From the human T2T-CHM13v2.0 reference genome, Homo sapiens: a stretch of DNA of 64,000 nt. Positions 42,238-57,332 of the stretch are shown in pieces. Position 1 is the stretch's first letter. Each line of letters begins with the position of its first letter. The notes under the pieces were generated by a model. That model was not told the origin of the DNA. It saw nothing but the letters and a program-made list of their open reading frames with translations, and searched no databases. Made by a program: the position numbers and the translations under genes. Location of the stretch: NCBI RefSeq assembly GCF_009914755.1, contig NC_060937.1; one strand, written 5' to 3'.

Positions 42238-43354
42238 TAGGTAAATACTACTTAGAATTAGATAATTTAAGGTAAAGAATATGTCATATATACATGAAAT
42301 TGTATTAGAACAGGAGGTAAAAATCAGAGTAAATTAGAATTTGTTTAAAACACAGAGTTAAACACTGTGAGAGCAGAAATTATTTTATAACCACCAATAG
42401 TACAAAGCTAAGCTTTCATCTTAAAGTTGTATGTTTGCATGTGAAATCATGCAGAGAATTACTTTAGTACTTAAAGAAAATAAAAACATTATGAATAAAT
42501 GTTTATTTATTTGGTACTTAAAATCTAAATACCTTAGCACAAGTGGAAAAGCTCTAACTACAAATACCAGGGCATAAAACAAATCCTACATTACAGTTTT
42601 AAAATGTTTTACAGCTTAATACTGTTTTATTCATTGAGTCAGAAATTTCCGTGTGAGTACGGGAGTTTACACTTGTAAATCAGAAACCGTCGCAGTTAAT
42701 TTTTTCACTCTATGGAGCAACCACTTTCGTCTGTGTGGGAGTGTTGGTCTACTGTAGCTGAAACAGACAAGACTAGGCCAGTGGAGACATTAAATGTGGC
42801 TGAAAATACCACTGATGTTCAACTTTCCTTCCTATCCTGTACTTATATTCAAAACTGTCATTTGGCTCATGGGTTTGGGTTTTTGTTTTGGGGTTTTGTT
42901 TTTTGTTTTGTTTTGTTTTCTGCACAGCCTAGAAATATTAGTAATCTTGCTGCTTCTGTGCCCTAAAATAATACTTTAGTTGCCTAAAATAACAAATGAA
43001 TCTTTTGAGAAGAGCTTATTTATGTAGCAAGATACTGATTAGGGTATTTATTGGATACAATAACTAAGATTAAGTGCCTAAAGATTTATGTATCAGGAAC
43101 TTTTCAACTTTGACTCCATCCAAAAATACTATGTCAATATAAGAACGTAAAGAAAAATGCATTTACCTTTTGTCTCATAGCATAGAAAGCAAAGGTTATT
43201 TTTGTCAATTATGAGTAATAAAAAATAAGTTTATTTAAGGTATATATTTACATTTGGAGTGAGAGGATGATAAGAGGAGTCATTTGAAGGGAGTAAGTTA
43301 GCTAGAAAAAAACTCAGTGTGCTACTGATAGCACCTGTGCATGGACAGAGGAAT

Positions 43355-43480
43355 TAGTATCATTACCAATTTACAGACAAGGCAATTAAATGAGAGAAAG
43401 CTTACGTGGTCTGTCCAAAGTTAAAGAGTTAGTAACTTGTGGAACCAGTATTCATCTTAAGCTTTGGCTTAAAGACCACA
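43355..43480 (-). mobile_element. MIR remnant
   Basis: CCAATTTACAGACAAGGCAATT...GTCCAAAGTTA...GAACCAGTATTC. Confidence 0.5.
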
Positions 43481-44444
43481 AGCTCAGAATCGGTCATTCT
43501 CATGGCCCTATTATATACCAACAGAGTTCCTGAAAAAGCCAATGCAATTTCCAGAGAGCAATTTACAATGGGGAGAAGAGTCTAGCCCAATATGGCACAT
43601 AATTCTGTGAAACATTGGATGTGTAAGAAATTTATCAATATGCTCTTTATATTTTACACCTAGGAGATGTGCACAAATTCTTGGTTAAGGGGGCTAATTA
43701 ACGATGTCTTGAAGTGAACATTAAATTCTCTCCTACACACATCTCGTTGTCTAAAAAAATCAATGAGGACTTTATTAGCACCCTTTTTTATATCCAATTC
43801 TGTAACCTGGGAAGGTGGGTTCTGCCCATCGACTAAACATGGTAGGAAACCTGTTTTCTTATTTGTAAAAATTGACATTAATATCATAGGCCTGTTAGTC
43901 CCATACTGAGATGTACCAGCAAACAAACTTATTTTTTTTCAACATCTCAATCTTTATTTTGAACAAGTCATGATTTCTTTTCTTTCATCAATATATATGA
44001 GAAGCTTGGCCTGCTATGGTAGTCTGTGACAGCTAAAGCAATCAACCCCTAGCCAAGAGTACTTAACTCTTTTCTTTGTTGAACTGCTCACTGATATGTG
44101 GATCTAGGAAAGTCATTTCTCTGAAGCTCATTAGTTTCCAGGGTAACATCTGTATTACATACCACATACAAATATTATTATCATCATTGTTAATTATGTG
44201 AAGTAAATAAATTTCCCAACTGTTCTAGGCATTACCTAAAGGACATGGAATCACTGGGGGCATGTAACATTTAAAATTATTGGGTGTCTAAAATTGTTTA
44301 AAACCAGGAAAAATATATAGTTCTATTTGCACTTAACTATTTAAAGTGTATCTGCTGCTTGTCACCCATATCTTAACCTTGTCCATTGATGTCAGCCATA
44401 TTCTTCAAGGTGTTTAAATAGCTTAGAAGCCCTTCAAGTAATCA

Positions 44445-44950
<506 letters not shown>

Positions 44951-45135
44951 GCTCTTCTCTTCTCTTTCTCTCTCTAACTTGAAAGGTTTTCTTTGTTTAG
45001 AAAGATACAGCATGACTAAGGTCAATAAAAATAACAAAAATAATCATTATAATTATAGGTGATCGTTCTCAATTGGGCAGTTTAAACAGTGTCTTGTAAA
45101 ATTTTAAAGAAAACCAAGAACTTTATGCACGCTTC

Positions 45136-45650
45136 TGTCAGTTAGCTTTTGCTACATAACAAAGTACTCCAAACAAAGTGGTTTAGAATAAAACTAACCA
45201 TTTATTTGTTCATAATTTTTGGGATCAGCTTTTGGGGCTTAAATCAGCTGGGTGGTTCTTCTAGTCCCCACTGTGCTCCCTCATGCCCCTGTGGGTAGCT
45301 CTCGGGTTGGCAGAGGGCCACCGGTCTAGGATGGTCTCACCTGGGATGGGACTTGCCTCGGTTCCATGTGTTTTGTCACCCTCCAGCATCCCAGCCCCGG
45401 CTCATCCACATGATGGTGGCAAGGTTAGATTGAGCCGAAGCTGTGGAGGTCTCTTGAGACCCACATTTGGAATTGGATGACATCACTTCCACCACTTCCA
45501 TTGGCTAGATCAATTCACAGGATCATCCCAGCCTCCAGAAGTAAAGAAATAGACTTTACTTCTTGATGGAGATGCTGCAAATTACATTGTAAGGATCATG
45601 GTACAGTGAGGGAAGAATGGTGGCCATTTTTGACAGAATAAATACTACCA
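45136..45650 (-). mobile_element. MLT1 (F/G/H-like) solo LTR
   Basis: TGTCAGTTAGCTTTTGCTACATAACAAA...CATTTATTTGTTCATAATT...CAGCTGGGTGGTTCTT...CATCACTTCCACCAC...TCTTGATGG. Confidence 0.78.
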
Positions 45651-48644
45651 ACTTTAGCTGTGAAATATTTTTAAGAGTTATATGGCAATATACATTTTCT
45701 GAAAATCTATTTTGTTCTATTCACAGGGGTTAGGATGGTATAAGTATTCTTTAATTGCACAAATATCTGTGATTAGAAAAGCCAAAAATATTGTCAGTCT
45801 CTTAGGATTTGAGTTTTGGACTGAAGTTATCTAACTGTGAATAAAGATAATCCTGCAGTAATAATTTCATATTTGATTTATGTTTCTCCATAAAGTTACC
45901 TCAGGCATTATCCCTGTTAAACCAAATTTAATAGAACTTCAGTTGTTCTGTTCCAAATGCTTGTGCATATGTGGAGAATTCCCCTGTACAGTTGTACTGA
46001 CTCTCTCACCAAGGGATGTTCGTTCTTTTGTGAGTTTGTTCTAATTGTGTCATTCACTGTATTACCATTAATTAGCAAATTCATCTTTCAACTTCACTCC
46101 CATGGGACAGATTCAGTCAGGCTTGGGTAGGTAGGGAATTTAATTAATATATCAACAAATTGAATTTTTTATTAGGTACTTTAGTTTTATCTTTTTTTAT
46201 CTTGGTATTATATATTAGAAATCTTATTTGAACTGGAGTTACCTAAAGTTGTTTTTATTAGGTAGGCAAAGAATCCAGCTATTTCTCCCCAAAACACTAT
46301 ATGAAATAAAATATGCCATCAATGTTCCTTTTGGGTTATTTTCAAGTTGGCCCTCTATCTATTTACATGGATTGGAAATTTTTTTTCAGATTTAACCTTC
46401 CCGTATTGATGGAAGAACTGTTTTATAGTAAATTTATCAATAGTTGAATATATAAACAACCACTATTCATGGGTTAAGAACAAAGGGCATCAGTGTGTGA
46501 GAATTCAATTCAATAGGACTAATCTCAAACGCAATTAATGCTCTCATTCTTTCTGTGCCCTTTGGTAGTCTGTTCTCCCAAGGAATTTATTGAAATAGAT
46601 ACACTTAATTAAACTGTTTTCAGCACTTGGGCTAAGACACAATTTAAGGTGTGACATTTCACTTAAAGAAAAAGGAGGAAGTCTATTCTGAATAACTGTT
46701 TAAACATTTCAACCTGGCCCCTTTTCTTAAAGATGTGCAAAATTTCAGGTAGTGGAAAATATTTGTCAAGTGTTCTTTCTTCTCCAGCTCCTACTTGTCC
46801 ACACGTACACACGCTCACGCATGGACACACAGCACACTCATTACTTCTAAAGTTTCCTCACTGTATTGTTGAAAAGTTTTCACAGTATGAACTATTATGC
46901 AAAGTAAGCAGATTAGTGCAGTGAATTGGAGTGGTATTTTAGGTTGATAAAAATCAGTTCCACTCCCAGCTTCTAACTGGCTGCATTTTTTTTTCTTGTG
47001 AAAATAAAGGGCTTCTCAACATCACCAATCAGTTCTACAATCATCTGCTTCTATGAATTCTAGAATCTGATTTTGTCATGGGCTTTATCTGTCCAGGTTT
47101 CCCAATTCATATAACTGTGAGCAGACACACTTGCCCTAAAATAATCATTTCCTTATGTATAATTTTTTTCTATATGCTATGTAAATAAATGTATGATATA
47201 CATATGAAGCAAAAGGAAATAAAATGTGAAAACAATGTTCCTTCAGTGCTCAGTGACCCTATAACTTGCACAATAGCATAGTTTACACATTGCAATATCC
47301 TGACATATGTCTAGACATATTTAACAACAAATATGTCCTGACATATTTACATGGAGGGATCCAAGCTTTCAATAAGAATTACCAGGACTTTAAAGTTACA
47401 AAACTAACCACCAATTTATTACATTTCATTACATTGAAGGGAAAAAAATCTGTCCTCAAGAATTTTTGTCTCTTTTTTATGGAAAAGCATCCCCTTTTTG
47501 AACAAATAGACACTTATTTTTATATTACATTTTGTGCACAAATTTTAGTTTTATTTTGCTTTCAAACCTAGACTTAATCTGGAAAACATCAAAAAGAAAA
47601 GGGGTACATTTAACTTCGTTAATAGTAAGATATAAAATAACCATCAATATTTCCATAATAACCCAAAAAGTGTTATCACCTTACCACACTGATATGAGGC
47701 TGCGTATTTCAAATATGTTTTTTAGAATAAACTTTTGACGTTAGTTCCTATTCTTTGTCATAAAAGACAAACATGTCAGATATGAATCTGTAGGAAGAGT
47801 GAAAAAGGGTCAAATCTTTTCCAAATGTATCTTAATGCTTGTTAAAGTCACTGTTTTATCTTTGTAAGTTCCTGCACTGCATTCCTCATTGTATTCATTT
47901 CTCTCTAAGCAAGCTAAGAAATCTTTTGTTTTGTTCTCCCCTTCAAAAGTGTTGACTTCTCCTAAGGTATCAGGTAAGAATAACGCATAATTACCTCCAC
48001 TGTGACATGGTTATTATTTTACTTTCCCCATTAACACAGAAGGAAACTGAGGAAGAACATGACTTGAATCTAAGTCATAAACTTCAGATCTTGTTGGGAT
48101 TTTGTTGGTTGGTTTGTTTTGTATTACACCATGAAATACACACAAGAAAGTACTTCACATTGTGCAAAATACTGTGTAAATATCAACAGTTATTATTATA
48201 AATTTTGAAAAGTTGTCCACATTCTTACTAATTCCTAGTCTCTTACCTTACCTTTTTAAATTAACCAAATTGATATGAGAATCCCAGTCTGAGACTAAAT
48301 GTGACACATAGAAGACTTCCAAGAGTGTTCAGGCCCCTCAGCTGGCAGGGAACACCAGCATCTGGTCTTTGAAAGTTAGTTATTCACTTCCACGTCCTCT
48401 GTTCTGCCAGCTGGTCTCTGGAGCTGGCTCATTCACACATAGTGGTCAGAACCCTAGGACTCCACTTTAAAAAGCCTCAGTTCATAAACTGTGATAAGAC
48501 CAGCCTTTACTCCACTCCAGCCCAAACAGTCTATAAACTTTAACAGAGAGAAAAGCAAAAATGTTTCAAGTCTTCTCTTTTGTTGTAATTGAGGGTCACT
48601 TCATAAGGACCCAGGGAGGTCTCCTCTAAGAAACACAACCTTAT

Positions 48645-48790
48645 GTAGAAGCTGAAGAATTGGGATTTAAAGTCAGAAGATCTGGGTCTCAAACCAGCTT
48701 TATCAAACTACTTAAACTCTCTAAGCCTCAGTTTTCTCATCGACAAAATGGAGATATCAGTATGTACCCTGCAGTGCCCCTGTGCACATT
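48645..48790 (+). mobile_element. MIR
   Basis: AGTCAGAAGATCTGGG...CTCTAAGCCTCAGTTTTCTCATC...AAAATGG. Confidence 0.7.
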
Positions 48791-49479
48791 ATAGACACCA
48801 GATATTAAAGTCACTCCATATAGAATAGAAACTACCATTATCACCTTTTGCAAATTCAGAATCTGAGTTTGAATTTTTCTATTGAATGCAGTGATCCACA
48901 TTTTGTAGAATGAGGGGACAGAATAACAAGTGGGAAACCAATGTGGTCCCAATGTCAGTAAGTACAGAATTCAAATTAGCCAACACTGTGTTTTATTTTA
49001 TTAGTATTATCTACACCAACACTTTTGTAAACATGAGCATATTGTTATGTTCAATAATGTTCAAAACTTATACCTCTTTCTGAGCCTTAAATCAATGACC
49101 TCAGGCATATTTGTATGGAATGTTGTCTCTTTATATCCCATTTCAAAATGGCAGGAGATTGAAACAGGAAGTAAACAGACAATAATAAATGGGAATCTAT
49201 ATGCTAATTGCAGCCCATGGTGAATCCTGGAATGCATCTTTCTTTGAGAGGGCATGACAGCATCCCATTCATCTATACGGCCCCAGCGACAGTTGGGTGA
49301 TGTAACTACTACAACAGCCTATTAGTTATTCTGTCTCATCATTGTTCAGGAATTTTGAACACTGCCTTCAATGGAAAAATTCAAGCTCAAACTATGAAAA
49401 ACTGCTATCATCCCCTCTAACAGAACAAAGCATGTCTACTGTATCCTGTGAAACATTAAAAAGAAGCATAAATAAAGCA

Positions 49480-49712
49480 AGTAGGATCAGTGGTTAAGAG
49501 CACAGGCTTCGGCATCAAGGAGACACCAGTTCTGATCTTAGCTCTGCATTAACTTACATTGTATCCTAGAAATGACTTAATCTCTCAAGGCCTTCATTTT
49601 CTTATCTGTATAAGGGACATGATACAACTTACCTTGAGGTGTTGTGGAGAGTAAAAGACATATTTGTTAGTGCCAGGCACAATAGCACTTCACCAATATG
49701 AGTGGTTATCAG
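49480..49712 (+). mobile_element. MIR
   Basis: AGTGGTTAAGAGCACAGGCT...TTTTCTTATCTGTA...TAGTGCCAGGCAC. Confidence 0.75.
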
Positions 49713-50501
49713 TGGTTGCTATTTAAATATGGGATAATATTTCTTTCTCACTCCATAATTTAAACACAAGCATGTGGTAATGGTTCTATATTGAATTTTA
49801 ACTCTGATTTGTATTCTATCAGAGAACGTGATAGACACATAAAATGCTCTTATTTCGGGCTGCTGAGATTCCTGAAACTGCTATTTTGTAAGTGAAACTC
49901 CAGTGAACTGAAATTGCTTGATAAGATCAAGCAACCCTTCTGACTATGAGAGCCCTTTTCCTCCTGTAAAATGGGAGAAGTTAAGCATTTTAAGGCAGAC
50001 AGCATAGCTGCAAGATAATTTAAAAGATGGGTAGTTGGTTCTGCTCCTTTACTTCATACAAACCAAAATCAAACTGTCCATTCACATTGTACCCAATGCC
50101 CACTTTGGATAAGTGATACAGAAGCAACTGCTTGAGGCTGAATCTTTCATGAGGTGGAAGAGGTAAAAATGGCAGGGTTTGTTTGGGGCTATCAAGACAT
50201 CACTTCTTTGACAAAGACTTGTAGAATCCCAGTGCACCCCGTTATTCTGCAGCTACAGCTCTCTGCTCTAAGGTGAGCTCGAATCTACTTGTTAAATTGT
50301 TTTTTACAGAGTTTGCAACTCTTTCTGATGTGGGCCTTGCAAAAGTTGTGTCCTTTTGGTGACCGTCCTGTACCCCCAGGCTTCTGCACCTGCTGCAGCC
50401 CTTGGTAACAACACAGCTTGGCATAAGTTCTACATCTAGAAGCTCAGTGTGCCAGAGGCAAAGATTTTCCTGAGAGACCTTTGATTCCCCAGCCTTTACA
50501 G

Positions 50502-50692
50502 CAGTGGCTCTCAAACTTTACTTTGCATAAGAATCACCTTGGGATACTCTTTAAAAATGCAGATTCCATGGCATTCTCAACCTATTCCAATTCAGTTGGT
50601 CTGGGGTAGAATTCTAGACTTCGTATTTTTATAAGCATCACAGTTTATTCTGATGAAGGTGGTTACTCTGGAAGACACCTGGAGAAACGCTA
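50502..50692. mobile_element. MER5-family hAT MITE
   Basis: CAGTGGCTCTCAAACTT...GCATAAGAATCACC...AAAAATGCAGATTCC...GGAGAAACGCTA. Confidence 0.78.
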
Positions 50693-51334
50693 TAGTATTT
50701 AAAAAATTCCTGATTTCTAAAATATGTGATCATTTAAAAAATGATATGATATAGATGATAAATAGCCTCATAGCCTGAATTGATTCACATATGCTAACAT
50801 GTGTCAGAAGCATTACTGTGTATTGGTGTCTTTAACTTCCTTTTTCAAATATGTTTGGGGGTGATAGAGTAACCACAACGGCAATAACATGCCCTTTAAA
50901 AGAGTCGACTGCTTTTCAAGCAGAGATATAGATATTATACTGAGAGTAAAAGCTCAGGCTTTGGAGAATTGATGAGAGCATTTTCTAGTTATCTGACCCT
51001 GATCTGCTATTTCCTCATTTACAAAATGGAGGCGAGGACTTCCTGACTATCAAGGGCCTGTCCCTGGGCCCTGGCACTTTTTAGGTACTCAGTGCTAGTA
51101 CCCACATGGGTAGTAGGGACAGTTACAAGAGGCACTGCCTCTGTACCAGACACTAGGGGCTCTTTACACCCAACTTTTCCCCATCATTCTGTGCTTGGCA
51201 GGCTTAGAAACATATTGATCTGGGAAGTTCTTCACATTATCTGAACTCACAAACTTTTACTTGAAACACTAGATATTAGAACATAATTTCTAATATAAAA
51301 GGAAGACACACCAAGCCAGTGCTCATTACAGTTA

Positions 51335-51822
51335 TGTTATCAAGCAAATGGGCTCACTGCCCTGATGTGCACAGAAGCCAATACTATGTGACACCAACTT
51401 TTAAGAAAATAAAGGCTTTGTTAGCAAAATTGGTCAGCAAGGAGACAGGAGCAGACACAAATCTGCCTCCCCTGATTTGGGGTCTCGTTTCGGAAGGCAA
51501 GAGAAAGGAATGATGGCTTGGCAGGATCTGATTGGAAGACTTTAAATTTTACCATTTCCAGAAAGGTATGTTGAGGCAGATTTTAGACCCTGATTTTCTG
51601 GGTCAGTGGATACCTGGCTTCCAAAAGTTTGTCATTCAGGTTCTGATGATGTCCCAGTCTTATTGGTTCCAAGAGGAGGATTCATTGGTTTCAGGTGTTT
51701 AATTAGAAGTCAAAGTTTTTTCCATTGCGCATGCCTGAACCACATGACTTCTGGTTTGGGGCTCTGTAATACCTAAAAGATAACTCAACATTTTGTTATC
51801 AACAGAGTAGGTCCAGTTTACA
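51335..51822 (-). mobile_element. ERV1 (MER4-group; MER66/MER49-like) solo LTR
   Basis: TGTTA...TTTACA termini and CACAGAAGCCAATACTATG...CAGCAAGGAGACAGGAG. Possible 4-bp TSD GTTA / GCTA. Confidence 0.65.
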
Positions 51823-52277
51823 GCTAGATTTCTGTACCAATGAGGCAGAGCCACAAAAAGAAGAGTTCAATCACATCAACAGTCAGATGAATTTCCCCTA
51901 CCATTCTGGAGATGACAGATGGAAAACTATCACCAAACAAACAGGCCCAGCACAACCCCTCTTCCCTGGACACAGGGCCAAGAAAACACTGGCTTGTTCT
52001 CACATACGTTCCAAGTCCTCTTCATTCCAAACTACATGAGTACCATCACCCTTCATCATAGGAGTCCAGCTTGTTCAAATCTTCTGTATTGCTTACTAGA
52101 GTGAGAAGTGTATGATTGTGGTACCAGATCTGAAGAGGGCAGGATTAGCATTCTTCTGAGGAGGTTCAGGATGGAAATTACATTTGCATTCATTGAAAAC
52201 CAAAGCACTTCAATATTGGTATAGATAACAAAGGAGAGAGAAACAGAGCCGATCTATTTTTTTTTCCAAAAAGACTC

Positions 52278-52716
52278 CGTAATACTTTGCTAGACTCTGT
52301 AATAAAGTACCACAAACAGAGGGGCTTAAACAACAGAAACTTATTGTCTCATAGTCCTGGAAACTAGAAGTTCAAGATCAAGGCATCAACAAGGGCATGC
52401 TCTCTCTAGAGGTAGTAGGGGTCGGTTCTAGGCCTCTCTTCTAGTGATTGGTAGTTCCTTGGTTTATGGCAGCATAACCTGAATATTCACATGGCATTCT
52501 TCCCATGTTTGTGTCTGTGTCCACATTTCCTATGTCAATAGGACACTAGTCTTGTTGAATTGGGGGCCCATAATACCCTAATAAGTAATGGCCTCCTTCT
52601 ACCTAATTATGTCCACATTGACCCTAATTACATTCAGGTCACATTCTAGGAAACTAGGAGTTAGGATTTCAGCATATGAATTGGGGCAGGGGGAGGGCAT
52701 AATTCAAGCCATAACA
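52278..52716 (-). mobile_element. MLT1B-like solo MaLR LTR
   Basis: AAAGTACCACAAAC...GGCTTAAACAACAGAAA...CCATAACA, with a perfect 5-bp TSD GACTC (52273-52277 / 52717-52721). Confidence 0.9.
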
Positions 52717-55119
52717 GACTCTTATGGGCACATTTATAAGAAGATCGGTTAGGACCCAAAGTTTTGTGTTGTACAGGAAGGTGACTTTAGCCTAAATTTT
52801 TATTATTTGTGCAACAACAAGGTGGCTTTAGCCAACAATTTTTTTCAAAACAAGTATTATCTGGTGACTACCATTTCTATAGGCGTTTCTCTGTATGACC
52901 CCCATGGAAATGTCTTGTTTTTAAAAGACCTATATCCATAAACAGCTAAATGACTTGCCCTGATGAGTGGGATCATATAATATTCACCACTTAAATGGTC
53001 CTGACTTTGTGTAAAGATTGATTCCTGAATATTTTCCCAGAAGTAAACCAATCATTTTAACGTAAGTGATATGTCAGTCTTCTAATGGAGCTAATAAGCA
53101 AATGAAACTAATAAAACTGCCCTAACTAAAATTATCAAAATTTACCTTCTTGCAACCATGAGGGAAAAAAGCATCTCTAAGCCAACTTATTTTTCATAGA
53201 AATTGACACTTAAATCAGAAATCACTGTAAAATGCTTAGACCTCATATGTAAAAGGCATTACCTGAGATTAAGGGTTAGCGCACTCACATTATGCTCACA
53301 CCTTGTTCTGTTCACTTGTATATACTGCAGTATGATTGCTTTTCAGTTTTACTTTTACACTAACCTCATATGACAGAATCATGTTTGAATCCTGTGTGTT
53401 TGACTTGGAACTCCTTTTTGCCTTCACTGAAGATTTCTGCAAAGCAGATTGTTAAATTCTCAGTTTATCTTTCTGGAAAAAAAATTAGAGTTTTTTGGTA
53501 CAGACTAACAAGACTTAAGATACTGTGATTAACAAGAGGAAAGCTCCTAAAATAAAGCTCGAAGGCACAAATTTAAATTGGGTAATAGTCAAGGGTATGA
53601 TTAAAAACTTGCTCATTTGCATTAATTAAACAGCCATTGGATATCATTAATTTATATCAGGAATTAACACCACAGTCTATCAATCAGAAGCAATCTAAAT
53701 TAAAAGTCAAGAACTTCCTAGTTCTTGACCATGTGTTTTCCTTGTCTAGTGATAGGGTTTTTTTTTTGTTTTTTCTATCCTGTTTTTCTGCCCGATTCTA
53801 GTGGCTTAATCTATTCATATCCAGGTTTTTGTCACAAACAAAATGGGGATATTAATTCTCATCCATTACCATTAAGATTAATGAACATGTGAAAGGCTTG
53901 GAGACTTGTCATGGTCAGTGTAAGCCTGAGCCTCATTCATGTTTTGGGTCAAATGTGTTCTTCTCAAAATAAATTGAGTGATAAAAGATTGTTCATAAAT
54001 GTTATAGGAGTTTGGAGTTGTGCCAATTATAATACAAATCTAGATCTCTAAAACATTGGATCTCAGGAAAATATTTGGAGAGAAGTCCCAGATTATATCT
54101 TGTAGGAAGCAAAGATCCAAGGATTTGATGTAAGGAAGGGCTTTCTTATTTTTGCTTCTGGAGAACATGTCACTAATCCTAGAGACACATTAGGGAATGA
54201 CTGGGCTGGCCACTATTTTAAATCAGTTCTAGTTTTCTGACAGCTCTAGTGGGGTATTCTAATTACTCTTCCTTACCTGCATTGATGACTCAAGACTAGG
54301 ATGATCCTTAGTATTGGAAGGGCAGCTCCCTGGTTAGATTCATCCAAGAAAATCTAATAGAATGAGCCAGGAAAATTCTAGATGTATGTCTCACCTGTGC
54401 CTGGATCTCCTTATTCAATAGATATTATGTAACTAGACTATGAATTAAAATCAAGAAGTATCTAACAGAGAAAGTTTTCAAATAAGACATTTTCTAATAG
54501 TCCTTCATTTCATCTGCTTCTTAATTCTCTGGCTGAAGGTCCAGTTCATTCTGAGCTCATATTACCAGTGATCTATTCTCCACCTGTGCTCAGCTGCATT
54601 CTGACCTGGCATCAGTGCAGCAATGCCTCACCATCTTAGTTATTGCCACTGATGCTTTTTTTAACCCAGGTTAAAGCTCCCATCTTCCATCAAATTCAGA
54701 GATAGCCCCTCTAACTGATTAACTCTTCTTTACTGAATATGCTAGGAAACCCTTAAAATGAAGTAAATTTGGGAACCTTTTAAAGAAGAATGGCTATAAT
54801 CTCCTCTTCTCATTTACCCTGTAATTCCCAAATCCTATTTTTAAAAATGACCACAAAGCTACATAAAGTGTTTTTTAATAGTTTTTAACATGAAAAAAGA
54901 AGAAGTGTATATGTTTGTGTCCATGAATACCTAATTGCCTTTGATTCTCCATCTCATGTGTTATGTAAACTCTGGATAAATTGAAAGGATATCCTGTTTT
55001 ATTAAAAACATTATAGATACTCCATCAATTGGATAAAAATTCTACTTGATAATGAAATAATATGAAGATGCAGAGAATGAAACTGACTTTCCTTGAGGTC
55101 ATTATAATCTAGAACACTC

Positions 55120-55527
55120 ACTTTTCCTATTTAATCTACACACTAGACACATTGCTGTGAGTTCGATATCATTGTGCTCATTTTACAGGACATAAAATTG
55201 AGTCTCACAAAACATAACATACCTAAAATCACATAGCTACCTGGTTATGGAACTTGGATTTGAAACCAGATTTTTCTGGCACTGCCATTCCTTTGCTATT
55301 CTGCCAAGATGTTTTTTCCTCCCTGCGTAGCTCCATGAGGATAAAAATGCAAACATCGTTTATTAAATATCTACTGTACACCTCACACACATTATCATAT
55401 AAATCCTCCACGCACTACAACACAGTTACTGTCATTATCATTTTACACATGAGCAAACTTAGGCTCAGATAGCTGGGGTAGCTTCAACAAACTAAAAAGT
55501 AGCACAGCAAGGATGCAATCCCCAGTA
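55120..55527 (-). mobile_element. Two MIR fragments; the second is interrupted by MER82
   Basis: CATTTTACAGG...GGATTTGAAACCAG and CATTTTACACATGAGCAAACTTAGGCTCAGA...GGATGCAATCCCCAG. Confidence 0.65.
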
Positions 55528-56031
55528 CAGCAGATCCTCATTATTCATGGATTCTCTATTTGCAAATTCACCTACTCACTAAAATGTATATGTAACCCCA
55601 AAATCTGTATTTGCAGAGCTTTTACGGTCATTTGCTGACTTGCACAGAGCAGTGCTAGACATGCATGTTTCAGCTGAGGTTGAACAAGGCAGAGCTCTGC
55701 CTTCTTGTTTCGGCTGTCACACTGTCAACAAGTGTCCTTTTTGTGGTCCATTTAGTGCCATTGTTTCTGCATTGATGTGTTTTTGTGGTAATGGCACTGT
55801 TTAAAATGGTCCGTAAGTGTAGGGCTGAAGTGCTGTCTCGTGTTCCTAAGTACAACAATGTTGTACTGTGCTGTACTGTGCTGTGTGCAGAAAACATGTG
55901 TGTTAGATAAGCTTTGTTCAGGCACGAGTTATAGTGCTGTTGACTGAGTTCAGTTGGAATGAATTATACAGACAGAGTCTTTATTTTTGTATATCATCTT
56001 TAAATATATATATATATATATATCAAATATA

Positions 56032-57332
56032 CAAGGGGACTTCAAAAAGTACATGGAAATAGAATTTAAAATAAAAATATAAAATATAAACTTTATTTCT
56101 CAACATAAGTTCCATCAAGGCCAAGACACTTTTGTAACTGATGATACCAGTCATTTAGTCCATCCCTAATAAACTGAGGGTTCTGGGAATTAAACCATGT
56201 CCATGCATTTTTTTTACATTATTAAGTGAAGAAAAATGGGTGCCCTTTAAAGATTATTTAAGATTAGGAAACAAAAAGAAGTCAGAAAGACCCAAATCAG
56301 AACCATAAGGTGGATGGATGCCTGATAATTTCCCATGGAATCCGTTGCAAAATTGCCCTTGTTTGATGATAGGAATGAGCAGAAACATTGTCCTGGTGGA
56401 GAAGGACTCTCTGTTGAAGGTTTTTGGAGCATTTTTTCTGCTAAAGCTTGGCTAACTTTCTCAAAACACCCTCATAATAAGCAGATGTTATTATTCTTTA
56501 GTCCTCCAGAAAGTCACCAAGCAAAATGCCTCGAGCATCCCTAAGAACTGTTGCACGACCTTTGTTCTTGACTGGTCCACCTCTGCTGAAACTGAATGAC
56601 TGCCACCTCTTGGTAGCTATTGCTTTGATTGTGCTTTGTCTTCAGGACCGTACTGGTAAAGGCATGCTTCATCTCCTGTTACAGCTTTTCAGAGAAATGC
56701 TTCAGGATCCTGATCACACTTGTTTAAATTTTCCATAGAAAGCTCTACTCTGGTCTGCAGCTCATCTGGACACAATGGTTTTGGCACCCAGGGAGTGTGG
56801 GAAGTTTGTCCAACTTTAATTTTTCAGTCAGAATTGTGTAAGCTGAACCAGTTGAGATGTCTAGGGTGTCGGCTGTTCTTTGCCTGTTAATCATTGGCCC
56901 TCTTCAATTAGGGCATGAAGAGGGCAAGATTAATTTTTTTCCTCAAAAATCCTTGTGGATGGTCTGCTACTGAGGGCTTCATCAACATCATCTTATGTCT
57001 TCTTAAAACCAGTTATGCATTTGTGAACTGCTGATTTCTTTGGAGTATTATCCCCAAAAATGTTTTGTGAAACATCAGGGATTTCAGCCTTCGTCCACCC
57101 AAGCTTTACCATAAGTTTGATATTTGTTCTTTCTTCAATGTTGGCAGAATTCACATTACTCTCATACGGACTTTTTTCAAACTGATGTCTTATCCTTCTT
57201 AGTGCCTCAAACTATATCCTATTCAGACATATTATAACAAGTTAGTACAAGTTTATTTTGGTGCAAAAAAATTTTGAAATCCACGCAGTGTTTAATAATA
57301 TGTATTTCCATGAACATTTTGAAGACCCCTTG
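56032..57332 (-). mobile_element. Full-length Hsmar2 mariner transposon (1301 bp)
   Basis: TIRs CAAGGGGACTTCAAAAAGTACATGGAAAT / ATTTCCATGAACATTTTGAAGACCCCTTG (26/29 complementary), TA target duplication, and mariner transposase remnants inside. Confidence 0.93.
56093..57154 (-). pseudogene. Disrupted Hsmar2 D,D34D transposase
   Basis: Manual minus-strand translation gives AVTGDEACLYQYGPEDKAQSKQ*LPRGG, QRVLLHQDNVSAHS, HPPYGSDLGLSDFFLFPNLK*SLKGTHF and terminal YVEK*. The start codon reads GTG and there are in-frame stops. Confidence 0.92.

Noticed and set aside
56032-57332. Active or domesticated transposase (SETMAR-like)
   Set aside because: It has in-frame stops and has lost its ATG. It is Hsmar2-type, whereas SETMAR derives from Hsmar1.
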